From: Lama glama
Taxonomy: Eukaryota
Direction: 5' to 3'
DNA: 64,000 nt
Assembly: GCA_028534125.1 (NCBI GenBank)
Contig: CM052818.1
Location: 38,316,001 to 38,380,000, forward strand
Position 1 is the stretch's first letter. Every line of letters starts with the position of its first letter. Shown here in pieces: positions 26,925 to 39,808 of the stretch. Below the pieces are notes generated by a model. It did not search any database, was not told where the DNA came from, and saw only the letters and a program-made list of their open reading frames with translations. The translations under genes and the position numbers were made by a program.

Positions 26925-27337
26925 ACAGAGACAACTCAAATGAAAACAAGCAAGGACTATTCTGAGCTTGCTGTAGCAAGAGAGTCAGCCACTATTATCT
27001 GAATTTCACAGAAACCCAAAGGCAAGCGGGGTGTAAAAGCTGTATACTGAAATAAAGGGAAGGCTCAGGCGTGCCCTTCTTGGAAGTTTTCCATCTGGGA
27101 GGTAGAGGTAGGCTAACTAAAAGCAAAGCATCCTATGCGATTGGTTAGGGGAGCATGTTTGGCTTTTTTTTTGTTTTGAATAGGGGCAAAAAATTGGGTA
27201 GCTGTCAGTTATCTTAAATCTTGACTGCTTTGAGCCAGCTACTACAGAGGCTGTGGTTTGTCTTCCCAGACTGTGGCTGTGGGTCCGAGTTCTGTTTTTT
27301 ATATATGGTCTAGCAGTTTGTAAAATTAGTTTCTCAA
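26925..27337 (-). mobile_element. Probable ERV solo LTR
   Basis: gattggtt (CCAAT on minus), tttttatata (TATA on minus), tca terminus. Confidence 0.5.
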
Positions 27338-28019
27338 GATGGAGACAGAGAGACAGAGACACTCTGATGAGATTAAGATGGTATTAGATCAAGACCTAAA
27401 ATTGCCCAGTGCTGTCTTAGACCAGCACTAGTGCAATAAACACATCCAGAGGACAAGATATATGGCCAGATAATGTTTGCAACTGATGTTTGATCACAAG
27501 CCCTCATCTATGACTTTGATTAAGCTAGAGGAGGATTGCTTCTTCTTACTGTGCTGGAGAGGCCTGGGTTGCAGGCCTCTCTGTTTCCCCTAAATTCAAA
27601 CTGAGATCTCGCCACGCACCACTGTATTACAAGGAGGAGGGCCCAGCACCTTCCACTCCAGCAGCACCGCAGGAAAGGACTGAGAAAAAGATAGTAGGAG
27701 AGAACAGTTTCCCCAATGCCTGCAGCCTCTGCCCCCTCCTCCATGTCCACTTTCTCAGCTCTTCCTCTAAGAAGCAATAAAGGAGGTCAGCCAAAGATAA
27801 AAAGTGCCATTATAATTCTGGCAGGACAAAAGCCAGGAATAGTCACTCCTATATGAACATGACCTTATAATAATACAAAGTTATTCTACCTGTTAAAATA
27901 TTACTCCATAAAATATGCCCAGATTTGACTGTTATATTCATCATTCTGCCAGAAGGTGTGGGGTAGATTTAAACTTCCTCCCCAGAAGCCAATATCGGGA
28001 TTACTTTAGTGGTCATTTC

Positions 28020-29640
28020 TGGCCTTTATTAACAGCACACACTTTCTCTGTGTCATTTTTCTTCAAAAAGATGGTTTGTTAAGGTTTTACAGAACTACAG
28101 TATAGGGCTAAACCAAAATTTATGTAAGCAATCCCTCATTATGGGCATTTATATCGCCTCTAATTTTCTCTCTAAAAATTAATGCTGTGTTGAGCATCCT
28201 TATACAGTAATCATTACACAAATATCTGATTATGTCCTGAAAAAAATTTCCTAGAAGCAAAATTACTTATTGAAAGGTTCTGGACATTTTAAAAATGCAT
28301 ATCTTTAAAATTCTTAATACATGTTTCCAAATTGCCCTGCAAAAATGATTCTCTCAATTCACATCCTGAACAGCAGAGCAGAAGAGAGGTCAATTTACCA
28401 CAACCTGTATAGTTTTTCTGTTTGCAAAGTAGGTAAATGAAAAATATATTGTTCCTAACTTTCTGTTTGATGTTTGGTAAAGGTGAACATTTTTCACGTT
28501 CTTTATGTTCACTTACATTTCTTCTTTTATTACTGTTTCAAAAACTTTACACATTTTCTACTGAGGTACTCATCTTTTTCTGGTGATTTAGAAACAGACA
28601 CTTAATTGAAATGGCATTAATTTGTTATATTACATTAGGCAAAATTTTAACATTGGTATTAATCAATTGTTCTGATTCTAACTGTTAAATAATTAATTTT
28701 CCTCAGGGATCTGAAATATTATCAATATCCCATCATTAAGTTAAATGTATTCTAGGGAAGTTTTACTTTTTTGTTTTTTTAATTTGTTTTTATATTCTGT
28801 CACCAATGTCTCTTTTTCTTCTTCAAAGGTTCTTGCTCTGCACTTTCCTTTGGTTTTGTACATTTTTATAAATGGTAAGGCAAGTCACACATGTCTTTTT
28901 CACAATTTTATTAAATAATCTTACTTGTTCTGCTAGTAGACTTTAGAATACTCATCTATTTTTTAAAATAAACAAACACTGGCTTTTAGAGAACTATATT
29001 AAAACTATAAATTAATGTGCAGAAAATTGACATCATAACACATCAGTGTTTCTATGAATAAGGTGACTCTGTTTATACAAGATATCTTTTATGTTGCTCA
29101 TTCCTGTTTCGTGGTTTTCTTACAGACCTTCTGATTTCTCATTAGGCTTTTAATTGCTAATGTGAATAACATCATCTTCTATTACTTTACCTAACTGGTT
29201 AATGTTAAAATAAGTGAAAGATAGTGTTTTTTTACATTTTTGCCTTATATCTAACCAAATTGCTAAGCATTCTTATTATGCAGTTGTATATTAGGTTTAC
29301 TAGGCAAAGACTATCATCAGAAGATAATGGCAAACTTGTTGGCCTGTTTCACTAGTTCTGCCTCTAATTTTTTGTCTTGCCTTATTTCATTAAAACTTCT
29401 AGAACAAATGTTAATAATAGTGAACATGGATCTGTTGTAAAGGAAATGCATCTTGTGTCTCATCCTCAGGGATGGCAGTTAAGATCGGTCTGCCATAGAT
29501 CTGCAGTACTTCCCACTGTTCCGTATTTGTCTCCCCTGTTTAATAATCTCGGGATTGGAAATTTGTGTAATCAATAAGCATCGATTCTTTGCCTACATAG
29601 TTGCTGTAGAATTTTCCTCTATTTTAAGTTTACTGGTTTA
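28020..29640 (-). mobile_element. Ancient L1ME-type fragment
   Basis: T-rich antisense L1 motifs (ttccaaattgccct, gaacatttttc, aattgacatc). Confidence 0.7.
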
Positions 29641-29659
29641 TTAACAGACATAACCTCTA

Positions 29660-30180
29660 GTTTGGTGGTTCTTAATCCTAACACTACATTGGATTCATTG
29701 GGGAGCTTTTAAACTTGCTGATCCCTGGGGCCTTTGCCTGACCAATTAATAGAAATAAAAATCTCTAGGAATGGTCCAGATATAAAGTTTTTTTTTTTAA
29801 GCTCTCCAGATGATCCTAAAATGTAGTCAGCATTGCAATCCACTGGTATTCAATTTCAGACTTAAGTGAGCATAAGAGGCAGCTGAAGAGTTTGTTAAAA
29901 ATGCAGACTCTCAAGACCCAACTCTCACCCCCTTCCCAGAGATTCTGATTTGTTGTATCTTGGGTGAGGGTCCATTATCTGTATATTTAACAAGTATTTT
30001 AAGAAACATTGTTTTATTAGACTGCAAAATGATTCGATTCTATCGCTTGCCTAGAGGAAAACATATTCCTAGATAATCTGAAACAGTGGATTGCAACTAG
30101 AGCTACATAAGAGACTCACCTGGAGAGCTTTGAAAACATCCCCCTGCCTGACCGCCCACTTCCAGACATTCGCAAGTAAC
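29660..30180. mobile_element. Cluster of MER5-type hAT elements
   Basis: Repeated gtggttct.aa..ct...tacatt / gattctgatt / gctctccagatgat motifs. Confidence 0.6.
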
Positions 30181-32949
30181 AGCAGCTCAAAAACCAGCTC
30201 CTGAGTGCACACTCTCTGCCAGAACCCCTTCCTCTAACTTTACTGGTTACAAAGCTCCTCCCTTGTCCAATTTCTACAACTAAACCACCCAACAAAATTG
30301 GGATTTATATGGTCTGGGCACATGAAGAAAAAGAGGTACTGATCAGAGGAAATAAACCACAAACATTCTTAGTCCTCTAGAAAGCAGTTTTTGCTATGGG
30401 TTTTCCATTTGTTGCAGTCTTCTCATCACGTGTCTCTCCTAACCTCACTTCTGGGCTATAGGTGTGCCTTCTGATGGCTAAGGCCCAGCATTGATGATCT
30501 GGACTTCCATTTAGAGAGATATACACCTTCTCATTATGAATGCAAAGCATCTCAGATGACAGCACAGCACTTGTAGGCTATTAGAATTTTTCAACCTTTC
30601 CCCAGAATGCATGGATATTTTAGTGGGCACCCTGAGGCTGAATCACTGACTTGCCCAACAGCATCTTAAGGGGAAATCACAATGTATTTTTGTAACCAAT
30701 ATTTATTAAGAGCTACACTGTGCCAGACACTGCGTTGTTTCACCATAAATGTTACTTCTCACCAAAAAGTCCTATATTGTTACAAGTCGGTCAGTTGGAA
30801 AGCCAGGACTGAGGCCAAAGTCCTTCTGTTTCAGTACAATTGTCAAGTGCCTCTGTGACTTCGGGCACAGCGTAAAAATGGGCCAGGGTCCCTCATCCTG
30901 CGGTTCAACTGCACGTGGAAAATCTTAACCCGCCTGCTGAGCTAAATGGAGCGAANNNNNNNNNNNNNNNNNNNNNNNNNNNNNNNNNNNNNNNNNNNNN
31001 NNNNNNNNNNNNNNNNNNNNNNNNNNNNNNNNNNNNNNNNNNNNNNNNNNNNNNNNNNNNNNNNNNNNNNNNNNNNNNNNNNNNNNNCTATAAATTAGAT
31101 TTGGTTTATGTGAAATCCTCCCCTGTTATGGTAGGCTGCAGCACCATATTTTCATTGTTGCTCCACTTATTCAGTCTTTTAAAAAAGAGATACACGTTTC
31201 TAACCTGTGTCAAGATAAGACATCCCTGATGAACCAACCGCGATTTCAGGAGGAAGGAGGAAGGGCAGTGTTCTGGTTTTGTGAAGCAGCCGAAAGCACC
31301 ACAGTGATGGCTCTTCAAGGCCTCCCTGCTCCTCCGCTAGACTCTCCTCAGCTGGCGGGACAGGGTCCCTCCAGAGCTCTTTGCTGTCTGGGAATGCTGG
31401 TTCTCATTAGCCCACAGGGGAGTAGCCACAGCCCCATCTGTTCAACCTCAGTGCTCTCCATCCCCAGCTCAAGTTAAAGATTTACGAATTCAGAGAAAGG
31501 CCTCTCCCACCTGTGAGGCAAGCGCAGGCCCTCCTCGGCCACTGGGTCCTGCCTATCAGACCAAGCCACGTAAGCAGCTACGCGAAAAAGGCCCCACCAC
31601 TGGTCCTCATCAGCGCTTTCCTTCCAATATGCTAATGAGGAGATTAGGGTTTAATCAGATCTGATCCAAATTCCTCTCTTGATCTCCCTTTTGAATATGT
31701 TCCATTGAGACCTTGGTCTTGCTACTTAATATGCAGAAAGACAATAAGGAGCTTAAGACAGACACATATCTAAGCCCCCTCCGAACTTGGGAAATCAAAA
31801 CTGCAACATGCCTCCCAGCCCTCAGGAGTCCGAGGCATCAGTGGAGCCAGACCAGGGAAGGTGATTTGTTCGGTGTCCTCTCTCACACTCTGTGGAGGCT
31901 GTAAATAATGAGAGCTTGCCCTTTGGCCCCCTCCCATGTCCCTGAGATCAAGGAGCCAAATCAGAGAAGGTGCCCAGGGCAGTATATTGGCACCTTGATC
32001 TCAGCTCACTTCATCCAGGCAGCAGGAACTTCATACATGAAATTTCACTCAGAGAAGTCAATTTTCATGGAAGAAAATAGCAGTCTTTGACTCTGTCCAT
32101 TTATATATCAAACAGTTATTTCTTGAATGCTCACCTTCTGCCCCACCCTATGCTAAGTCAGACTGCTTTCCTGAATACACACAGAAACATCAGGGACCAA
32201 CCGTGCCCACCCAGAGCCTCCCATCGTAGTGAGTGGTAACTGAACGCAAGGCCATCTGTGTCAGGAAGCATATGACCAGAACCCCAAAACAAGGCTGAAG
32301 GAATGTCAGGTAAGAGAGACCTTGATACACCAGCAGATCAGGGAAAAAGCTTGCTAGTGGAGAGGGGACAATCTGTTGGAGAAGGATGGATAGGAAAGCT
32401 GAATGCACAGAAGAGAGCCTTTGGATGAATAATGTGTCCAGCAATATGGGACCCATATTGAACCACCTGCTAAAAACATCTAAAAACATCATTTAGTTCA
32501 TTTAACTTCTTGATTAAGCATAAACATTGAAGTAAATAATTCCAAACCAGAGAATAAATGACTAAGGAACCTTTAGATTTAAAATAATCACTGAAGCCAA
32601 CTTTAGCTTTAAAAGCATCTATCAAACCTAGAAAACATGAATATAAGGTACATCAATACAATGGATTATTATTTGTCTGTAAAAAGAAATATTGTACTAA
32701 TTTATGCTACAAAATGGATGGATCTTGAAAACATTAGGCTAAATCAAAGAAGCTAGTCACAGAAGACAAAATACTGTATTACCCATTTATTTGAAATGTC
32801 CAAAATAGTTAAATACATAGAGGCAGAAAGTAAATTAGAGGTTGACAGGAGCCAGGAGGTGGAGGAAAAGTGGGAGTGACTGTTAATGGGTATGGCTTTT
32901 TTTTGGTGGGTGGGGGATGAAGGAAATGTTCTAAAATTATATAGTGTTT

Positions 32950-33917
32950 GGGCAGAAGGCCTAAATAAGCAATTCTCCAATGAAAACATACAAATGGCCA
33001 ATAAGCACATAAAAAAAATTCAATATAGCTAATTATCAGAGAAATGCAAATCAAAACTACAATGAGGTATAACCTCACACTGATCAGAATGGCCATCATT
33101 CAAAAGTCCAAAAACAATAAATGCTGGAGAGGCTGTGGAGAAAAGGGAACCCTCCCACACTGTTGGTGGGAATGTAGTTTGGTGCAGCCATCATGGAAAA
33201 CAGTAGTGAGATTCCTCAAAAAACTAAAGATAGACTTATCATATCATCCAGCAATCCAACTCCTGGGCATATATTCAGAGGTAATCTTAATTCAAAAAGA
33301 CACATGCACCCCGATGTTCATAGAAGCACTATATATAATAGCCAAGACATGGAAACAACCTAAAAGTCCATGGACAGATGACTGGATAAAGAAGTTGTGG
33401 TATATTTATACAATGGAATACTACTTAGCCATAAAAAATAATAAAATAACGCCACTTGTAGCAACATGGAAGTCCCTGGAGAATGTCATTCTAAGTGAAG
33501 TAAGCCAAAAAGAGAAAGAAAAACACCATATGATATCACTTATATGTGGACTCAAAAAAAAAAAAAGGCAAAAGAACTTATTTACAAAACAGAAACAGAC
33601 TCTCAGACATAGAAAACAAACATGGTTACCAGAGGGGAAAGAGGGTGGGAAGGGATAAATTGGGAGTTTGAGATTTGCAGATACTACCCACTATATATAA
33701 AATAGATAAACAACAAGTCTATATTGTATAGCACAGGGAACTATATTCAGTATCTTATAGTAACATGGTGAAAAAGAATATGAAAACAAATATATGTATG
33801 TTCCTAAATGACTGAAGTATTGTGCTGTACACCAGAAACTGACACAACATTGCAAACTGACTATACTTCAATAAAAAACATATATATTAAAAAATGAAAA
33901 CAAAACCAAAAAAAAAA
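32950..33917 (+). mobile_element. Young camelid L1, 5'-truncated, inserted in an older L1MB 3' UTR (32560-34030)
   Basis: ORF 33044-33658 = L1 ORF2 C-terminus ([18 protein letters not shown]...HMISLICG); aataaa and poly-A; host tail resumes after the poly-A. Confidence 0.92.
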
Positions 33918-34099
33918 ATAGATATTGGTGATGGCTGCACAACTCTGTGACTATACTAAACACCAGTGAATTGTACACTTCAAATGAGTGAATTGTATGT
34001 TATTCAAATTATACCTCAAAGCTGATAACAACAACAACAAAAAGAAAGCAACGCAGGAGAGGGACAGAGGGAGTGACTTACGGAATCATTGTTGAAGAA

Positions 34100-35610
34100 A
34101 AAGGTTAAAATGTTGTTTAATCCTAGACTTCAAGTTATATATGCATATTAAAAACCTCTGTAGTAATCAAGAAGAAAAACAGAGTCCGTCATTTCTAAAA
34201 TAAGGAAATGTAATAACAAAATATAAAATCAGTCAAATGTAAGGCAAAAAAGGAGAAAAAAATAGGGAACAAAATAAATAGAAAAATAAGATGTTATAAT
34301 TAGAAAACACAAAATAAATATATATGTCTCAATATATATGAATACATAAATAGAAATACAAATATAGTGTGTATAAACATCAGTAATTATTATAAGTATT
34401 AACACATAAACTGTTATAGTTAAAAGATAAATATTGAAGATGATAAAAATAAAGCCAGCTCTGTGTTGTTTATGAGACACATCTAAGACACAGAAAACAA
34501 AGAGATTAAAAGTAAAAGAATGAAAAGATATTCTAGGTAAATAGTAAAGAAAGGAGCCTGTATCAATACCAGATTAAACTGATTTTTAAGGAAAAACATA
34601 AGTAGCAAAGGAAAAAAAACCATAACTAGACAAAGGGTCACTATATAATGTTGAAAGTTTCAATGTATCAATCACAATTACTCTTAACGTTCCTATATCT
34701 ATATACATTGTGAAAATATCCAAAGCAAAAAATGGTTACAATTATGGAGGAAAACAGACAAATTACTATGTTAATGGAAAAAAAATTAACATGGCTATCT
34801 TAGTAACTGTTAGCCCAAGCAGGGGAAAAAAAGAATACCCATTGGAATCACACTATTAACTGCATAACCTAATGGGCATTTATAGTACATTCCACCCAAT
34901 AATAAGAGGCAGCAAAATTATTTCAACCAAAATCAACAATATATTGGACCATAAAGAAATTCTCAACAAATTTCAAAGGATTTGGTGTCACCGTAAGTTC
35001 ACTGAGCGTAAACCAATTAGGTAAGAAATAGCAGCTAGAAGATAACTAGGAAAAACTTAACATATTCGAAAATTTAAAAACATACTCCCCAAATAAATCA
35101 CTTGTACATGAAAGAAGAAATCATGTTATAGGTTAGAAAATCTCTAGAGGCAAACAGTAAGACTATGTGAGAGCTCCCTGCATTGTGAAATGCAGGTAAC
35201 ACAGTACTGGTGGTGACAAGTACAACCTCAAATGATCAAGTTAAAAAAGAAAAAAGTTTGAAAATTATTGAACTAAGCATCTGTCTTAGTTTAAAAAATA
35301 GAAACAGAAAACAGCAAATTAAACCCAAAGAAACTAGAAGGGGGAAATAATAAAGATAAGAGACGAAGTTATTAAAATAGAAAACCAACATACAATAGAG
35401 AGGATAAAACAAAAGCCAAAAGTTGATTCTTTGCAAAGAGTAATAAAATTAACAAACCTCTAGCACGATTGATAAAGATAAAAGATAGAGAAAATATGAA
35501 TAAACAATATGAGGAATGAAAAGAAGGACTTAATTACAAATGCCACAAACATTAATGAGATTGTGAAGAATTTTGTGCCAATGAATGGGAAAGCTTAGAG
35601 GAAAGTTACC
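34100..35610 (+). mobile_element. Ancient L1M ORF2 5' (endonuclease) fragment
   Basis: A-rich degenerate motifs (tgttgttta.gagacac, aaaagttgattctttg.aaag). Confidence 0.75.
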
Positions 35611-36544
35611 TTTGACTTACCAAAATTAGCAAACATTTTAAAGTGAATGGAAGAGAGCATTCCAAGTAGACAGCATTATTTGAGAGGAGACTTGAAGGTA
35701 GAAATGACAAGGGCTTTGTGGGGTACACTCACTGATCTGTTCCACAAACGTTTACTGAAAAGGAGTCTGTGTTGCACTCTGGGCTAGCTGCTCCGTGGGA
35801 CGACCTAGTGAACTGGCATGAACGCTACCCCTAAAGAGCTGACAGGGAGGTTTTAGGGATGTACATACATGGGTAACGGGAGAAAATTAAAGTTCTCCTG
35901 AGGTTCACTGAAAAATTAGTGAAGATGGGGCCCAGGTTTTGAATTAGAATGCATCAGGATGAAGATGAAGAACTGGAGAAGGAGCTGGAGGGAATGTGAA
36001 CGTGACACTGAGGAATTCAGACTTTATTCTGGACCAATAGAAAACACTGACATTTCTGAATAAGGAAAAAGTATGACCGGTGTTTAAGATTTATGAAGCA
36101 AACATAAATATACATGTATGATGAATGGGATTGGGAATGCTGAAAGGTGAGGCACGGCAACAATTTTGGAAGATAATGCAGTAGTCAAGATAATATGTGA
36201 TACACTCCTAAATTCAGGTAGTAAGGCAGACACAGAGAGGAAGGTCATTATGGACAAGCAGTAATAGGCTTAGTTCCTGATTAGATATTAGGCCTAAGGT
36301 AAAGGAAAGACTAACGGGCATCCTAAGATGTCCAACCTGAACAAATAAAAATTAAATAAATCATTGACTATTCATTCAGTCATTTTTTTTTTGTTTTGAA
36401 GACATAACTGGGAATCAATAAAATCTTTAAAGGGTTCTAATTTCATAATTCAGGTAGTATATGTCCTATGGGCGAACATAAAGTCTAGTTCAGATGTGAA
36501 CATCTGGCAAAAATGTCAACTGGATCTTGGCTGAGAAATATTTG

Positions 36545-37950
36545 AGGGATAGCCAAGATGGTGGGGTAGAAGGATGCATAGGAACCTCTCCCACGGGTAC
36601 ACCAAAATTACAACTACAGACTGAACAATTTGCACAGAATGTCTAGGGAACTTTGGCAGAATTATCTTTTACTTCAGAAATACAAGAAGACTTCTTACCA
36701 AAAAGGGTAGGAGAAAAAAAGAAAAAAGAAAAAGGAAATTGGCGTGAGACCTGTCTCCCAGAGAGGAGCAGCAGAGAAGGAAAAACGTCCTCATTCTGGG
36801 ACACCTCCTCTCCACCTGGGAGGTCAGTGGGGACAGGAAGGGAGCTTCTGAAGCTTAGAAACGACAACCTACAAAATAGGAGAAAATATCTGCAAATGAT
36901 GCAACTGACACAGGCTTAATATCCAGAATATATAAACAGCTCATACAACTTAATAACAACAACAACAAAAAACAAACAACCCCATCCAAAAATGGGCAGA
37001 AGACATAAACAAGCAATTCTCCAATGAAGATATGCANNNNNNNNNNNNNNNNNNNNNNNNNNNNNNNNNNNNNNNNNNNNNNNNNNNNNNNNNNNNNNNN
37101 NNNNNNNNNNNNNNNNNNNNNNNNNNNNNNNNNNNNNNNNNNNNNNNNNNNNNNNNNNNNNNNNNNNNNNNNNNNNNNNNNNNNNNNNNNNNNNNNNNNN
37201 NNNNNNNNNNNNNNNNNNNNNNNNNNNNNNNNNNNNNNNNNNNNNNNNNNNNNNNNNNNNNNNNNNNNNNNNNNNNNNNNNNNNNNNNNNNNNNNNNNNN
37301 NNNNNNNNNNNNNNNNNNNNNNNNAGGGAACTCTAATTTGAAAAGACACATGCACGCCAACATTCATAGCAGAACTCTGTATAATAGCCAAGACATGGAA
37401 ACAATCCAAATCTTCATTGACAGATTACTGGATAAAGATGTTCTGGTATATTTATACAATGGAATACTCCTCAGGGATAAAAAAAAAAAAGAATAAAATA
37501 ATGCCATTTTCAGCAACATGGATAGACCTGGAGATCATCATTCTAGGTGAAGTAAGTCAGAAAGAAAGAAAAACACCATATGATACCACTCATATGTGGA
37601 ATCCAAAAAAAAAGAAAAAGAAGACCTTATCTACAAAACAGAAACAGACTCACAGACATAGAAAACAAACTTATGGTTACCAGGGGAAAAGAGGGTGGGA
37701 AGGGATAAATCAGGAGTTTGAGATTTGCAGATACTAACTGCTATATATAAAATAGATAAATGACAAGTTTTTTGTATATAGCACATGGAACTATATTCAA
37801 TATCTTATAGTTACCTATAATGAAAAAGAATATGAAAACAAATATATGTATGTGTAGGTATGACTGAAACATTATGCGTACACCAGAAACTGACACATTG
37901 TAACTGACTATACTTCAATTTAAAAAAAAAATCTAAAGGTGAAAAAAAAA
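36545..37950 (+). mobile_element. Young L1 with 5' UTR fused directly to the ORF2 3' end
   Basis: gagg..gccaagatgg 5' UTR start; at ~36856 jumps to aaacgacaacctaca.aat.ggagaaaatat.tgcaaat (late ORF2); 3' UTR and poly-A. Confidence 0.8.
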
Positions 37951-38200
37951 AACAAAAACTTTAAAACTGCTGCCAATCAGCCAATAAGCGGTATGAAGGG
38001 TACACTCAAGGTCAAAGATAAGAGAGGATGGACATGGCTTCTCAGTGCCTCCCTTTGATCCTCACCAAAGTCTACTGCACAAAATGTGGGAACCATACAG
38101 TTAGAGACACAGGACTCGCGAGCCATGGCCTTTCATGCTGTTTTCAGCTGGGGCTGTTGGGAACACAGGAGCTTCAGAAAGCACGGGTCCACCCTATTAC

Positions 38201-38248
38201 CATATACAGAGCTTCACTGAGCTTAATACAGGTTTCAGTGAAACAGAT
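38201..38248 (-). pseudogene. VIRMA-like exon relic
   Basis: ttaacagccag|...ATG|gtaata; 48 nt, phase 0->0. ICFTETCIKLSEALYM vs VIRMA FSGTTCQPIQHMLRR. Confidence 0.6.
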
Positions 38249-38608
38249 CTGGCTGTTAACCACAACAGCCCAGCAAGAAAATGCCCAGGAAGATCGTGGC
38301 TTGCAGAGGGTGTGAGTTCAGACTTCTTGCTTTTTAGATGGGGAAACTGAGATCCCAAAAGAGAGTGTCTCATCCAGAGCAGGCAGCTTTGGAGGCATGA
38401 CTGATAGCCAGGCCACCACTTGCCAGCTGAGCTCTCTCCACAGCACACGCTGCCTCCAGTGAGGTCAAGATTCTCCTTGGAGCTTCATAAACTGAAGTGG
38501 GACCTGGGGGCCAATGCTCTGTGATATAACCTTTCTAACTAGGTTGGAGATGATTCTGGGGCTCTTCTCGATCCCTTCCCCGGGTCCCAGGGTGGACATC
38601 ATTTTTAC

Positions 38609-38753
38609 AGCTCTGAGAAACAGAGTCATGGAGTGCTTCTTTGTGATAGAATGGCCCCAGCTGGCACAGCAGTCTGCCCTTTGAGCGAAGAACAAGGCAA
38701 GAGTCACTAAAAGGCACATCAGGGCTCCCAGAGAAACTGTCACTGTCCACCTT
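38609..38753 (-). pseudogene. VIRMA-like exon relic with frameshifts
   Basis: ttttcatttgcatctcgcag|...GCT|gtaaaa. KVDSDSFSG / ALMCL / LLP ... SWGHSITKKHSMTLFLRA vs VIRMA KVPEGFFSGLILLSELLP...LWSMHLHVQAKLLQEIVRS. Confidence 0.7.
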
Positions 38754-39297
38754 CTGCGAGATGCAAATGAAAACTGCAAGCACCTTGAGGACAGGCACTA
38801 TATCCTATAGTCTATCTTATACTATACCTTAATGTCTCTAAGGGTCTGACACAGAAGCGAGCAGCAGATGTTCAATTTGCTTAGCTTTTAATTGATACTC
38901 TCCGGGAATGCAGTATTCTGAATAAGTTTACCATCTTAAAGCAAAATTGCACCTCCATTTTCTATTTTGAATGGAAAGTTTTTCACAACATATGACACCC
39001 TTACTTCCATCTTTACTAAAATAATCCAACTTTTCTTTGATGATCTGTATTCACCAAATTGTGTATTTTTAAAAATAAGCCCCATTATAATGTAGGAGGA
39101 AGACTGAAAGGTTTTAGGCTGTTTATGTAATAGCCACAGACTGCTGTTTTTGGGGGGTTTTATGTCTATATTTGGAGATTCCTGTCTCTCTGTTGCAATT
39201 TGGCTTTCAGCCGTCACTTCTTCTTCATAATCTTTTTCCTTCCTTATCTAAGCATCTCAGGGATCCCAACCCCTAGAAACTGGAGGGGACATCTTAC

Positions 39298-39484
39298 CGG
39301 CATATTGCAAGAGGTAGTAGAACTATCCAAAAGGTACAATAACTCAGACCATCTGTATGGGTCAGAGTAAGGTTACACCCTATCACAAGTAGCTGGTGGC
39401 TCTGGACCAGAGCAGCCCTCCGAGCAGGAGACCAACACAACACAATGGTGAAGCTGAACGTAACTCGGCATAGCGACCGTCTCC
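39298..39484 (-). pseudogene. VIRMA-like exon relic
   Basis: gtctctgtgttctccag|...CCG|gtaaga. ETVAMPSYVQLHHCVV...RWSELLYLLDSS vs VIRMA KDMRVPSALVTLHMLL...TWSLMLKEVLSS. Confidence 0.75.
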
Positions 39485-39582
39485 CTGGAGAACACAGAGA
39501 CGTGGGTTTTTGTTTGTTTTTTGCAGGACTTTTTTGATGGATTTTTGTTGTTGTTGTTGTTTCTTTTTTTTTTCCAAAGTAC

Positions 39583-39808
39583 CAAACTGCATTGTTTCCT
39601 TATACTTGGGAGACTCTTTTTTCCAGTGCAGCCAGTATCTCCTTTCATATACTGTTACATTAGCACCGCCATGTTGTAGCTTGATCCTATGGCAGTAGAT
39701 CAACAATCTGTATACCTTGATCATCCAGAACACAATTTTGAAAAAGAGGCAGAAAGCTGTCTGTAGCCTGGACTTGGAAAGACCAAGGATTAATTTCATT
39801 GTTTTCAC
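39583..39808 (-). pseudogene. VIRMA-like exon relic with frameshift and stops
   Basis: tatatcgttttctag|...TTG|gtactt. VKTMKLILGLS, then shifted frame LPLFQNCVLD...LLP*DQATTWR...KEILAALEKRVSQV*GN vs VIRMA LTTALRVL...IQLFSAEGMD...ILTQPWR...RCTLTLLKTMLTELLRGG. Confidence 0.75.

Noticed and set aside
33044-33658. Longest clean ORF in the track (204 aa)
   Set aside because: It is the C-terminus of L1 ORF2 in a truncated insertion, not a host gene.
39383-39808. FAD-monooxygenase-like motifs (GANVTVYERR, GDGRYAELR) and resemblance to VIRMA GDERYAEI
   Set aside because: No GxGxxG motif and wrong spacing. They lie in frames other than the VIRMA-colinear one, and the GDERYAE match is out of order.
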